NCBI RefSeq assembly: GCF_036971445.1
Contig: NC_091475.1
Coordinates: forward strand, 12,090,001-12,154,000
Direction of reading: 5' to 3'
Length of the DNA: 64,000 nt
Origin: Narcine bancroftii
Lineage: Eukaryota
This document shows, in pieces, positions 1-24,700 of this stretch. The position numbers were made by a program, and so were the translations under genes. Within the stretch, counting starts at the first letter, position 1. Each line of letters begins with the position of its first letter. A model generated the notes under the pieces. That model was not told the origin of the DNA, did no database searches, and worked only from the letters and a program-made list of their open reading frames with translations.

Positions 1-189
1 CTCTCTTCTGGGGCAACAACCATGTATGTGGCACAATTTTGAATGACTCCTGATGATCTAAATGCGCTATGTTTACTGGCATTCCATTATCCACCCTGAA
101 ACGTTCTCAAAGAGCTCAAGCAAATTTGTCAAATATCATTTTAGTCCTTTCTGTTTATGCTGCCTGATTGTCCCATTATTTTGTTTTTC

Positions 190-211
190 CATATTTTTAT
201 TGAGTTTATAT

Positions 212-250
<39 letters not shown>

Positions 251-905
251 TGCTCATACATAGATAAGAATATATATCCAACAAAGTAAATGTATATTAA
301 CAAGTAGCTGTAAACAACCTATGAAAGAGAAAAACAACAATGTATATAAAACAAAATCTATTCTAATAATCTAACCCTTCCCTTGTGAAATTATGATTAA
401 ACATATGTTCCATTAACAAATGAAAGAAAGGACAACCAAACCATAAAATGGGATCCAATCATCTTATAAATTCTGAAAATCTTTAATAAATGTAGAAAAT
501 TAAATTTCTTTACATTAGTAGAGCATCTAATTATTTTCCAGAGTCAAGCAGGCCATCACATCAGATAACCATGTGTAGGAGGGACAGCATCCTTCCATCT
601 CATAAGTATGGCTCTTCTGGCAAAAAGAAGTGCAAAGACAACTACATGGGATTGTAGCCAGACAAATTTAAATCAGCTGACTTGCTAACTCCAAATAGGG
701 CAAGAAAAGGATTAGGAGCCAAATCAATATTAAGAAGATACTTTCCTAATAATTGGAAAGCAAGGAACATGACCAAAACACATGAAATAATGTAACTTTT
801 TCAGTCTTACGTCTATCACATTTTGACGAGAAATTAGAATAAAATATAGTCAATTGAAGTTTGGAAAAGTAAGCTCGATGCACTACTTTACATTGCAATA
901 ATTGC
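190..905 (-). mobile_element. L1-clade LINE, degenerate 3' fragment (ORF2 C-terminus)
   Basis: Minus strand translates to L1-like C-terminal motifs LQCKVVHRAY...KCDRRKTEKVTLFHVFWSC and FARRAILMRWK; disrupted, with an AT-rich tail near the (TA)n at about 217-247. Confidence 0.6.
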
Positions 906-1537
906 ATTATTTTCTAAATATCTTGCTATCGCGTCCTTAATAATGGCTCCCAGCACTTTCACAATTTCAAATGGTTGCCTTGCTGACCAAAGGTTTATTG
1001 CTTTCTGTTTACCTCCTCCATAAGGCATCAATCTCTCATTTCAGTGAGAATAAACCCAGCCTATAGAATCTCTCCTGTAGAAGTATAGCCATCCATTCTA
1101 GACAATATGCCAGTGAATCTCTTCTAGACGCTCCTGTTGCTTACACTTCCTTCCTGTGGTGTGGTGACTAGTACAGTTCACCATATATCAAGTGTGGTCT
1201 AAGCACAATGTGGTACCACCATAACATGAAATCCCAGCTCTTGTTCTCAGTGCGTTGGCGTATAAAAATATGCATATCAGATCCCTTCTCATATTTACTC
1301 TACCTAAACCCTTCACAGATTAGATAATCTTCCACCCTTGTCTTCACTGGAGAAACAGTCACCATTCGTTCAAATCTTGACGAATACAGTCTCTTTTATG
1401 GCATCTGTTTTGCACCTTTTGAAGTATTTTTAAATTGGGGTGAATAGTTTTATTGCAATTTTCAAATCTGGTATATTTTAATGGCAGCATATGAAATGGT
1501 TCCTGTTCCCAAATAAACTGATCTCAATCTCTTTTTT

Positions 1538-1539
<2 letters not shown>

Positions 1540-1607
<68 letters not shown>
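1540..1607. repeat. (CT)n microsatellite forming part of the polypyrimidine tract of a PRDM15 exon
   Basis: About 32 CT units ending roughly 15 bp before the CAG acceptor at 1621-1623. Confidence 0.95.
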
Positions 1608-1611
<4 letters not shown>

Positions 1612-1623
1612 AATCTATTCCAG

Positions 1624-13594
<11,971 letters not shown>

Positions 13595-15589
13595 AAAGAA
13601 TCCCCCATTCCTCCACGAAATCAAGAATATCCTCTCCCTTATCCTGCACATCAGGAACACACAATGCAGAATAAACTGTGAAAGATACTCTGCCGCATTA
13701 CACAGTGGAATTAAAAAGTCTGCTCTGAACTTGTGTCCATTCACTCCAGGTGTGTCTCAGCAGCACCATCAAGTTTTGTGTTTGATTCTCTCCTCCCCAC
13801 AGATATTCCAGCTTGAATTTGTACATCTGAGGTGAACACAATGTCTTGAGTGTATTAGCAGTTTAAAAGGAAATTTTTTAATTAAAAAAAAAACAAAATT
13901 AGGCTTGAAGTGGAGCACAATTTTAAAAAAAAATGTATAAAAGATTCTGTGACATTTCCTAACGTGTGTTAAAATGTGTTGGAATTGTGAATTAGTGCAG
14001 TGGCTAAATATCCAACTGTTTTATTGACAGTGAATGGGTCAGCATGTGCGTGGGTCTGTGTGCATATGGGTCTACAGTTGTCTATCTGGCAGTATGTGTG
14101 CCGTGCGCTTGTCATTTTAATTCTATCTCCCATTCTGTGGTCTAGATTATTTTTGTCAGAATAATCACGGAGAAGCACTCACCCTTTCAAATGAGGAACA
14201 AAATGGTAACGTTCATTTGTTTCTCGACAACACTCCCCAAACCACATGTATGTATTTTGCATTCTTAGTTTAACTCGCATCAGAGATACAATCCAGAGAC
14301 AGGAAAAGCTTTGTCAGCGACTAAGAAATTGGTGGTCTGCATAACAAGCGACAAATAACAGCTACCTGCCACGTCCACTCATCGAAAGAAGTATTATTGG
14401 AAACTATCGACAAATGAGTTTTCAACAGTGAAGGAGACCCGATCGGTATTCATACATTTCACTTTCCCAGGACTGTGTGGAGGAAATAGTGATGGAAGTA
14501 AACATTATTTATTTGATTGATCTTCTCACTGTGTCCGTAGCTGTTTGATTCAAATGGATGTAGCTTCATGCAACAGGTGTCACCGTCCTCTCCTCATAAT
14601 GAGCATGTTGTGCAACCTGTAGCCTGCATAGAAATTGGGAAATAGTGGCTGCTATTTTTGTTGCAAGCAAATGGCCAAAATTAATTTGACTAAGCTCACC
14701 CTACTTGATAGAACCACAGAAAATTACAACACTGAAAACAGGCCCTTCTAGTCTGTGCCAAACTATTATTTTACCTAATCCTACTGCTTCGCACCCAGTC
14801 CACAGCCCTCCAAATCAATCCCAGCCAATATTTAGCACTAAATTGGGCGCATTCAATTCTGATAAAAGAATGTAAATCATGACGAAAACCCAGAAATGCA
14901 CTAGTTCCAATATTTGCCACAGGATTTTGCAGCAGAGAGTGGAAATCAAGCATTGTTAAAACCATTATATGAGATGAAGGAATGTATAATTCAAACAGAA
15001 ACTTCTTAAAAATAACAAATTAATGGTCTGGAGAGACAGGAAAGCCAAGAAATTGGAAGGATGTCACAAAAGTAAGGGTGGGTCTTACTCAGTTTAGAAT
15101 TTGGAAACTACTGTACTGTTTTGATTTTGAACTGTTATATGACCCAGTGAGAATGAACAAAAAAAAATTTGGTGATGACAAGAGGGTTAAGATACAGGGA
15201 CAGGTGTTTCAATCATTACTAATTTACTTAGGTTTGAATTTAAGTAAATTACATTGGAGATGATTTGGCACATTCCTGGGATACTATGATGTGCTTCAAT
15301 CTTTGGGAGAAATTTAGAAATTCAGTTGCAGTTGAATAATACAGCAGGTACTCCTGAAGGGCACGACCATCAGGATGGAATGTATTCATAGTTCAGTTGG
15401 AATACTTAAAAAAGGGAAAGGCTTTAATCTCCTTTTGAGTTGCTTAATTTTTCTGGTGTCTACCTTTAGGACAGCCCGCTGTAACCTAAATTATGACTGA
15501 GCAGGAAAAAAAGAGGAACAGAATTCTGTAATGAAAATTTCTAAGTCAATCAGTACTTTGAATTTTCAAATTGCTTTACGTGTCTTCTG

Positions 15590-16165
15590 TTTAAGTTCAA
15601 GTTTATTTGTCATCCGATTGCCCCAGTACCAATGAAGTACCATTTTCCAATGTGCAGAAGGGACAAAACTCACTGAGAAAAATACCATACAGTCAGACAA
15701 ATGATAGTACATGTATTCAAACTTAATAAATAGTAGTCACAGAAAATTGTTTTAGCAGTCATTTAGCAGTCTCACTGCCCATGGGAAGAAGCTTGAAGGT
15801 TCTGGCTCTGGTACTCCTGTATCTTTTTCCAGGCAGGAAGGAAGAGGTGGAAGAAACTGTGCGCAGAGTGGAAGGGGTTCTCACTGATTTTGTGAGTCGT
15901 CTTCAAACAATGATCCTTGTAGATCTCGTCACTGGATGGGAGGGAGGGAGATTCCAGTGAATCTCTCTCACTCTTATGGTCCACTAGGTAGACCTCGAGT
16001 CCGATGCCCTACAGCAACCGTACCACATTGTGATGCAGCCGACCAGGATCTCTCAATAGTGCACCTGTAGAAGGTTGACGTGATAGTGGCCGGTAAGGCC
16101 TCTCAGAAAGTGCAGTTGCTGTTGCGCCTTCCTGACAAGTGAGGGGATATTGAGTGTCCACGAAT
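15590..16165 (-). mobile_element. Rex1/Babar-type LINE 3' fragment
   Basis: Minus strand SLPSSDEIYKDHCLKTTHKISENPFHSAHSFF; tail aagttcaagtttatt. Confidence 0.65.
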
Positions 16166-16589
16166 TTTAGGTCACTATAGTTAAGTGGACTTCTGCATGA
16201 TCCAAACATGTGTTTCTCAAGTGCTGATTTATTTTGTACTTGGGGTGCAGGGCATAATTTTGAATATTGCAAGGTAATGGCAGCAGTGCTTTAGACATAA
16301 GAAACTAGTAATAGAATGAGGGGGTAAAAGTTGTAAGGCAAGGACTTATGACCCAACTCATTTGCACCAAACATCAGTTTCGCATTTCAAGTTGGAAAGA
16401 TGAACTTTATGTGCAATGGACTGAGGATTAGACAGCTTAAAATGCAACATGTGCCCTTGTCACAGAGGCACTTGCAATACGCAAAAGTGCTGGAGAAACT
16501 CAGCAGGTCACGCAGCGTCCAAAGGAAGCACTGGGGAACCGATGTTCTTCGTCAACGTGTGAGACACCGTAGGCGAAATGCCCGGCTAA

Positions 16590-16925
16590 ACTTCTTGCCC
16601 CGAACAAAGATGGCGGATCGGCTGTTGGCCGCGCCTCTGAAACAATCCTGTACCACCATTGGCTGCTCCTCGCCGGCGCCTCCATTTCTCATTGGTTGAA
16701 AATGCGCTTACTTGTTGAACGCCCAAGGCCGACCAATAGGCTCGCGGGGGGCGCGTGACGTGTTTAAGGCGGCAAATGCGAGGTGGGCCGGGGCCGGAGA
16801 TCGGCGGGAGAGGAGAAGCGCCCCGGCAAGGTTGTCATCACCGCGGGGCGAAGCGAGGTGAGCCCCCCCCGTTTTCGGGCCGTTGCTGCGGGGGGCGGGG
16901 GTTTGGAACTTCGCCTCACCGTCAA
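16590..16925 (+). promoter_or_regulatory. CpG-island promoter and non-coding exon 1 of the HINFP-like gene
   Basis: High CpG density; YY1-type AAGATGGCGG 16607-16616; CCAAT boxes at 16658-62 (ATTGG), 16691-95 (ATTGG) and 16733-37; GTGACGTG 16755-62; E2F-like GGCGGGA 16803-09; GAG|gtgagc donor after 16857. Confidence 0.75.
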
Positions 16926-16926
16926 C

Positions 16927-19270
16927 GGTGTGGAGGGGGGGGTTCCTGATCCTTGGGTGTGGAGGGGGGATCCCTGATCCTCGGGTGTGGAGGGGGGGAG
17001 GTCCCTGATCCTTGGGGGTGGAGGGGGGATCCCTGATCCTTGGGTGTGGAGGGGGGGAGGTCCCTGATCCTTGGGGGTGGAGGGGGGATCCCTGATCCTT
17101 GGGTGTGGAGGGGGGGTCCCTGATCCTTGGGTGTGGAAGGGGTGGGTCCCTGATCCTTGGGAGTGGAGGGGGGGTCCCTGATCCTTGGGTGTGGAGGGGG
17201 GGTCCCTGATCCTTGGGTGTGGAAGGGGTGGGTCCCTGATCCTTGGGAGTGGAGGGGGGGAGGTCCCTGATCCTTGGGGGTGGAGGGGGGGAGGTCCCTG
17301 ATCCTTGGGGGTGGAGGAGGGATCCCTGATCCTTGGGTGTGGAGGGGGGGTCCCTGATCCTTGGGTGTGGAAGGGGTGGGTCCCTGATCCTTGGGAGTGG
17401 AGGGGGGGTCCCTGATCCTTGGGGGTGGAGGGGGGGTCCCTGATCCTTGGGTGTGGAGGGGGGGCTCCCTGATCCTTGGCAGTGGAGGGGGGGTCCCTGA
17501 TCCTTGGGGGTGGAGGGGGGGAGGTCCCTGATCCTTGGGTGTGGAGGGGGGGGTTCCTGATCCTTGGGTGTGGAGGGGGGATCCCTGATCCTCGGGTGTG
17601 GAAGGGGTGGGTCCCTGATCCTTGGGAGTGGAGGGGGGGTCCCTGATCCTTGGGGGTGGAGGGGGGGTCCCTGATCCTTGGGTGTGGAGGGGGGGAGGTC
17701 CCTGATCCTTGGGTGTGGAGGGGGGGAGGTCCCTGATCCTTGGGTGTGGAGGGGGGGGTTCCTGATCCTTGGGTGTGGAGGGGGGATCCCTGATCCTCGG
17801 GTGTGGAAGGGGTGGGTCCCTGATCCTTGGGAGTGGAGGGGGGGTCCCTGATCCTTGGAGGTGGAGGGGGGATCCCTGATCCTTGGGTGTGGAGGGGGGG
17901 TCCCTGATCCTTGGGTGTGGAAGGGGTGGGTCCCTGATCCTTGGGAGTGGAGGGGGGGTCCCTGATCCTTGGGGGTGGAGGGGGGGGTCCCTGATCCTTG
18001 GGTGTGGAGGGGGGGGTCCCTGATCCTTGGGTGTGGAGGGGGGGGTCCCTGATCCTTGGGTGTGGAGGGGGGATCCCTGATCCTTGAGTGTGGAGGGGGG
18101 ATCCCTGATCCTTGAGTGTGGAGGGGGGATCCCTGATCCTTGAGTGTGGAGGGGGGATCCCTGATCCTTGAGTGTGGAGGGGGGATCACTGATCCTTGAG
18201 TGTGGAGGGGGGGTCCCTGATCCTTGGGTGTGGAGGGGGGGTCCCTGATCCTTGGGTGTGGAGGGGGGGGTCCCTGATCCTTGGGTGTGGAGGGGGGGGG
18301 GTCCCTGATCCTTGGGTGTGGAGGGGGGATCCCTGATCCTTGAGTGTGGAGGGGGGATCCCTGATCCTTGAGTGTGGAGGGGGTATCCCTGATCCTTGAG
18401 TGTGGAGGGGGGGGTCCCTGATCCTTGGGTGTGGAGGGGGGGTCCCTGATCCTTGGGTGTGGAAGGGGTGGGTCCCTGATCCTTGGGAGTGGAGGGGGGG
18501 TCCCTGATCCGTGAGTCTTGAGGGGGGGGTCCCTGATCCGTGTCTTGAAGGGGGGGTCCCTGATCCGTGAGTCTGGAGTGGGGGTCTCTGATCCGTGGGT
18601 GTGGAGGGGGGTCCCTGATCCTTGGGTGTGGAGGGGGGGTCCCTGATCCTTGGGTGTGGAGGGGGGGTCCCTGATCCTTGGGTGTGGAGGGGGGGGTCCC
18701 TGATCCTTGGGTGTGGAGGGGGGGGTCCCTGATCCTTGGGTGTGGAGGGGGGATCCCTGATCCTTGAGTGTGGAGGGGGGATCCCTGATCCTTGAGTGTG
18801 GAGGGGGGATCCCTGATCCTTGAGTGTGGAGGGGGGATCCCTGATCCTTGAGTGTGGAGGGGGGGTCCCTGATCCTTGGGTGTGGAGGGGGGGTCCCTGA
18901 TCCTTGGGTGTGGAAGGGGTGGGTCCCTGATCCTTGGGAGTGGAGGGGGGGTCCCTGATCCGTGAGTCTTGAGGGGGGGGTCCCTGATCCGTGTCTTGAA
19001 GGGGGGGTCCCTGATCCGTGAGTCTGGAGTGGGGGTCTCTGATCCGTGGGTGTGGAGGGGGGGTCCCTGATCCTTGGGTGTGGAAGGGGTGGGTCCCTGA
19101 TCCTTGGGAGTGGAGGGGAGGTCCCTGATCCGTGAGTTTGGAGGGGGGGGTCCCTGATCCGTGAGTCTGGAGTGGGGGTCTCTGATCCGTGGGTGTGGAG
19201 GGGGGGGTCCCTGATCCGTGGTGGGGGGGGCCCGGCCCGATATGTGGGCGTGGATGCCCCTGATCCGTGG
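16927..19270. repeat. G-rich minisatellite, unit about 27-30 bp (GTGGAGGGGGGGTCCCTGATCCTTGGGT and variants), roughly 80 units
   Basis: Directly visible, with variant units and higher-order blocks. Confidence 0.98.
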
Positions 19271-21612
19271 GTGTGGGGCCTTGGTCACAATGGCAGTGTT
19301 ATTTGGTTCAGGATCAAGGTCAGGGCTTGGGGTAAAAACACAGCAGTGCTGGGGGGATTTCGGCCTCTCTCTATGTCCACAGTGTGTGTGTGTATATACA
19401 TGTATTTATATATATAAAACTAATGTTTTGGGCTGAGCTCAAGGGAGTAAAGGAGAAGAATGGGAGGGGGGAGGAGTGTGAATTGGACGTGATAAGGAGG
19501 AAAGGTGACCATTGATTTTGGGTCTGTGAAAGGATATGGAGGGAAAAGGAGAGAGAAAACTGCTGGAGAAAGGAGGAGGGATGGGGTGTGGTTTAACGCA
19601 AGCCAAAGTTAGTTGTTTTTAGATTTGTTGTATGTGACAACCCTGAGATTCTTTTCTTTACCCCCCCCTGCTGCAGGTGAGGTAGTCAGAAGATGAGGTG
19701 TTTCGCCTCCAGTTTGCGGGTGGTCTCAGTCTGGGTGTGACCGTGGACAGGCGTGCCGGAAAGGGAACAGGGCAGGGAATTGGAATGGGAGATCCAAGAA
19801 GGCTCCTTCTATAAGGCAAAAAAAATCCTGAATGTAAAGGTGGAGATTCACTGCCTGTGCGTCAGAATGCTTTCTAAATGGTCCATGAGCGGTCGCAAGG
19901 CAGCGGCTCCAATCCCTCTCCAAGTTAGTGCTAGAGGTGGAGTGGTGTGCTCCGCCTTGCTGCATAAAGGTACAACCGCTGCAAGTGGCTGGCTTGGGGC
20001 TGGCTGATGATGTCGCCAGCCCATGACCCATCTCACTTCTCTCTCTCTCTCCCATTCACTCACCCCTCTCCCTCCATGAGTGGACGGTGGGGGCTATCAG
20101 GGGTGGCCAGGCCATCGGGGCGGGCTGTGTCGGCCCTGCCTGCCTCTGGTCCTTCGCCGTGCTGCTTTGGCCTTCGGGGTAGCTCATCGGTGCTAGAGGC
20201 TCAATACACAGCAAAGCAATGGCTGTCTTCCCTATCCATAATTCCCACGCAGCTAGAACCATTCTGGGAAACACAGTAGTTATGGGTAGGGAAGACAACC
20301 ACTGCTCTGCAGAGTATTTATGATGGGTGATACCAAAACGCCCTGAGATTGTCATCTCACTCGTTGGCAAAAACCAAAGTAAAATCTGCAGAAACCACTT
20401 GCCTGAAATCAAACAGAAAATGAAGCAAACACTCAGCAGGTCAGGCATCATCTATGGAGAGTTAAAAAGTTAACATGCCAGTTCTTGTTCAGCACGGATG
20501 CCGCCAAACCAGCAGAGTGTTTACAGCATTTCTTTTGAGTTTGGAGATTCTGCCAAGAAGGTCTCCAGGAAAATGTTTGCTTATTGTGTACCATAAAGAC
20601 CTTTTGTATCTTTACCAGCTTCATTCTCCACAACACTTCATAATTTGCAATTTTTGGGTTCAATGTTGTTTTATTTGGAGTAAACATAACCGACTCTAAA
20701 CTGGCTGCTCTAAACTGTACACCTTTCCAGCCTGTTCTGATCTTGACAGGGATGTTAAAATGATGGCTCAGCTGAATTGTTAGTTCTGCTTGTTGTGAAG
20801 TATCCTAAGGTATTATTCAGGTCACTGATCCTGTTCAGAGCCATTCAGAATGTGACTAGAATGCTAGATTCTGAATTGCATGGTAGTTTGTGGAACTTTG
20901 CTGCTCTACGCCATTGTAAAAAAACATTTTGCAGCATTCTATAAGTTTATTATCATCTGACTATACATGTATAACCCGACACAACAGCATTTCTCCGGAC
21001 CATGGTGCATACAGACACATACTGCATGTACATAAAGATTTAAAATTTAAAAATGTGTAAACTGCATAAATAGTTTGGGATGATTTACACTGTTCATCAA
21101 TCTCAAGGCCAATGGGAAGAAGCTGTTTCCCAGCCTGGCAGTCCTGATTTTGATGCTCCAGTAACTCCTTTATGGTATAAGTTCAGGTATTTGTCATTTT
21201 AATTTTAATTTGACCCTAAAGAAGAATCTTATGCATTGTGTTTTACAATTCTAGTAATTCCTTTAATGTTGCAGATCCCTTAGGTTTTCTTTCCCCTGTA
21301 AAGTTTGAACCCTCTTTCCTATGCTTTTTGATCATTTGTAATTTTCCTGAAATTTGCATGAGCCATCCAATCTTTGTCTGCCTTAATATGGAATTAAATT
21401 TTGTTAGCAGAAATATATTTCACCCATAGGTGAAAATGAATATTTGCAGATAATGTCCAAGGAAAATGGTTGTTTTCTGATAGGTGATTTTCTTTTTAGC
21501 TGAGAATGATTTTTCGAACATTAAAAATTCAGTTCTCTTTTCCAACTTCTACAGCAGAGTGGAGGTGTGAGTGAGAAAAAGTGGTATGATTCCAGTGAAT
21601 TTCATTAAGAAA

Positions 21613-21769
21613 ATGGCCCCTGGAAAGAGCATCAAATACTTGGAGCTGGTGCTGCCTTGTGAATGGACAGATTGCACATTTGTTGGGAAGACAATGGAGG
21701 AATTCTGTGATCATATTGCTGCACATTTAAAAGAGCATCTTAATGAGTATGAAAGTTTTGGAGAATTGG
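21613..21769 (+). CDS. HINFP: HINFP-like coding exon 1 ([23 protein letters not shown]...[11 protein letters not shown])
   Basis: Acceptor ctacagCAG at 21552-57; aaaATGg Kozak context; G|gtatgt donor. In-frame upstream ATG at 21586. Confidence 0.9.
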
Positions 21770-24700
21770 GTATGTAACATTTATTATAAATTACTATCTT
21801 GTATATTTTTATCTTTAGCTTCCACTGTGCAGTCTAGTAGTTTATAAAGCAATTTAAGTGGCATTAGAGTTTTCAAATGATACAAGTATTTTATCAAATG
21901 TTATAATACCAGTGAACAATTGTGAGCTTGAAAGGCTTGTAAAGTTTGTTTTGTTAAACAAAAAAATCTGCAGATGCTGGGGCTGAGTGCAGTACATAAA
22001 TGTGCTGGAGAAACTCAGGAGGTCATGCAACATCCATAGGAAGTAAAGAGTAACCAATATTTTGGGTCTGAGCTCTTTGTCAGGAATCTGGAAAAGCAGG
22101 TAGCTGTCTGAATAAAAAGATTAGAGGGGAGGGGGAGGAGCACAGTAAGAAGTATAGATGGATACAGGTGGGAGGGTAGAAGAGAATGAAGCTGAGAAAT
22201 GAGAGAGGGCAGAGGGCTAGGAAGAAAGGGAATGGGTGGGGAGCTGAAGGAAAGATGACAAGGTTAGGGAAAGGGACTGGGGAAGGAAACAACAGAAATT
22301 AATGCTATCTGACTGGAGACTGTTGAGACAGAATACAAGGTCCTGTTCCTCCAATTTACAAGTGGCCTTGAGTTGGCAATACACAAGACCATGGACAGTG
22401 TGGCGGTGTTGTGTGGAATTAAAATGCAATACGCACATGTGCTTGAGAAACTCAGCAATTCCAGTAGCATCCATAGGAAGTACCATTGCTTATCCAAATT
22501 TTTCTGCAAAGAATATGCTTGTAGACTGGGAAAATGGGGTTGATGCTGGAGCCAAAGTGAAACAGTTTGTGGAGATGGTTTCTGAGAGCGGCTAGTGGTG
22601 AAGCCCACAAGGGGAAAAAAACAAAGTGCCGTGCAATAAACTGGATTTGATTAGTGATCTTAAGATAAAAGAACCTTTAGGAGGTAATGTTCACAATATG
22701 ATAGAATTTACTCTGCAGTTGGAGAGGGAGAAGCTAGAATCAGATGTGTTGGTATTACAGTTGAGTTTAAATACTATGGAGGCATGAGAAAGGAGCTGGC
22801 CAAAGCTGATTAAAAGTGGACCCCAGCAGGAAGAACAGCAATGGCAGGAATTTCAAAAAATGCAAGATTGTTTCATCCTAAATTAGAAAAAGCATTCTAA
22901 AGGGAGGGCAAGGCAACTGTGGCTGAAAGGGAAAAAGAAGGCATATGATATTGCAAAAAAACAGTAGTGAACCAGAGGATTGGGTCATTTTTAAAAACAA
23001 AAACAAAACAAGGGAAGAATAAAAATGAAATAACATACAAAAGGACACCAAAAGTTTTGTCAGAAATATAAAGAGTAAAAGATAGACAAGAGTGAACATC
23101 AGACTGCTGGAAAATAACACTGTAAAGTGGCAAAGGGCAACAAAGAAATTCTGGATGAACGAAATAGATATTTTGGATCAGTGTTCACTCTGGAACATGT
23201 TAGTGTGGTGGCAGAAATTCAGGGGGCAGAAGAGAATATTGACTCTATTACTAAGGAAAAGGTGCTTTTAATGCTGAAAGTGAATAAGTCACCTGGACCA
23301 GATGATTCCAGGGTTCTGAGAGAGCTAGCTTGAGATTATGAATTCAATAGCAGTGATCTTTTGGGGATCACTGGAGTCGGAAATGGTTCCAGAGGACTAT
23401 ATCTAATGAAGGATGTACTGACGTAGGACAGGGTCCAGAGGAGCTTTATGAGAATAATCTTAGGGATGTGAGGAGTGTTTGATGACTCTGGGCCTGAACT
23501 CGCAAAGTTTAAAAGGATGGGGGGAGATCTCATTGAAACAGTCTGAATATTGAAAGGGCAAGATCAGGGTTGGGTAACCTACGGCCTGCAACACAATTAA
23601 TTTGCCCAATCATCTTCAGCTCCAATATACACTGTTTCCCACTCTAAACTCAGCCTTTGTTATTGGTGGCCACAGGGACTGTGCATGTGGATTAGACATC
23701 CCTCAGCAAAGGAAATACTTTGTGGCTATATAAATGCCACCTGTTCCTTCGGGGTCATGAACTGGGCAGCGATTATGACTGCGTTCATGCAGAATGTTCA
23801 CTGAAGTCTCTTCCACGATGTTATAACCAGAAATTACCAACAACCACATCAGTTTCTGCCCCTGGAAAAGTAACTCACCCTGGTGCTCCTGGGAACAAGC
23901 ATAGCTCTCAAGATGGGTCTGAGATAAGCTGTGCATCAGTGGCCAGTTGTTCTGCTCCTGGTCCCAAGCCACGCACCCACTGGTGAATGTGCTGGGCGAC
24001 CAACGGGGTGAATCTTTCGGAGCAACCCTGAGCCGCTCGCTCTCCCCGCTCCCCTGAGCCGCTCGCTCTCCCCGCTCCCCTGAGCCGCTCGCTCTCCCCG
24101 CTCCCCTGAGCCGCTCGCTCTCCCCGCTCCCCTGAGCCGCTCGCTCTCCCCGCTCCCCTGAGCCGCTCGCTCTCCCCGCTCCCCTGAGCCGCTCGCTCTC
24201 CCCGCTCCCCTGAGCCGCTCGCTCTCCCCGCTCCCCTGAGCCGCTCGCTCTCCCCGCTCCCCTGAGCCGCTCGCTCTCCCCGCTCCCCTGAGCCGCTCGC
24301 TCTCCCCGCTCCCCTGAGCCGCTCGCTCTCCCCGCTCCCCTGAGCCGCTCGCTCTCCCCGCTCCCCTGAGCCGCTCGCTCTCCCCGCTCCCCTGAGCCGC
24401 TCGCTCTCCCCGCTCCCCTGAGCCGCTCGCTCTCCCCGCTCCCCTGAGCCGCTCGCTCTCCCCGCTCCCCTGAGCCGCTCGCTCTCCCCGCTCCCCTGAG
24501 CCGCTCGCTCTCCCCGCTCCCCTGAGCCGCTCGCTCTCCCCGCTCCCCTGAGCCGCTCGCTCTCCCCGCTCCCCTGAGCCGCTCGCTCTCCCCGCTCCCC
24601 TGAGCCGCTCGCTCTCCCCGCTCCCCTGAGCCGCTCGCTCTCCCCGCTCCCCTGAGCCGCTCGCTCTCCCCGCTCCCCTGAGCCGCTCGCTCTCCCCGCT

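Noticed and set aside
16708-19288. Long Pro-rich minus-strand ORFs of 493 and 788 aa
   Set aside because: Stop-free translation of the C-rich strand of a minisatellite; open in more than one frame, with no domain content.
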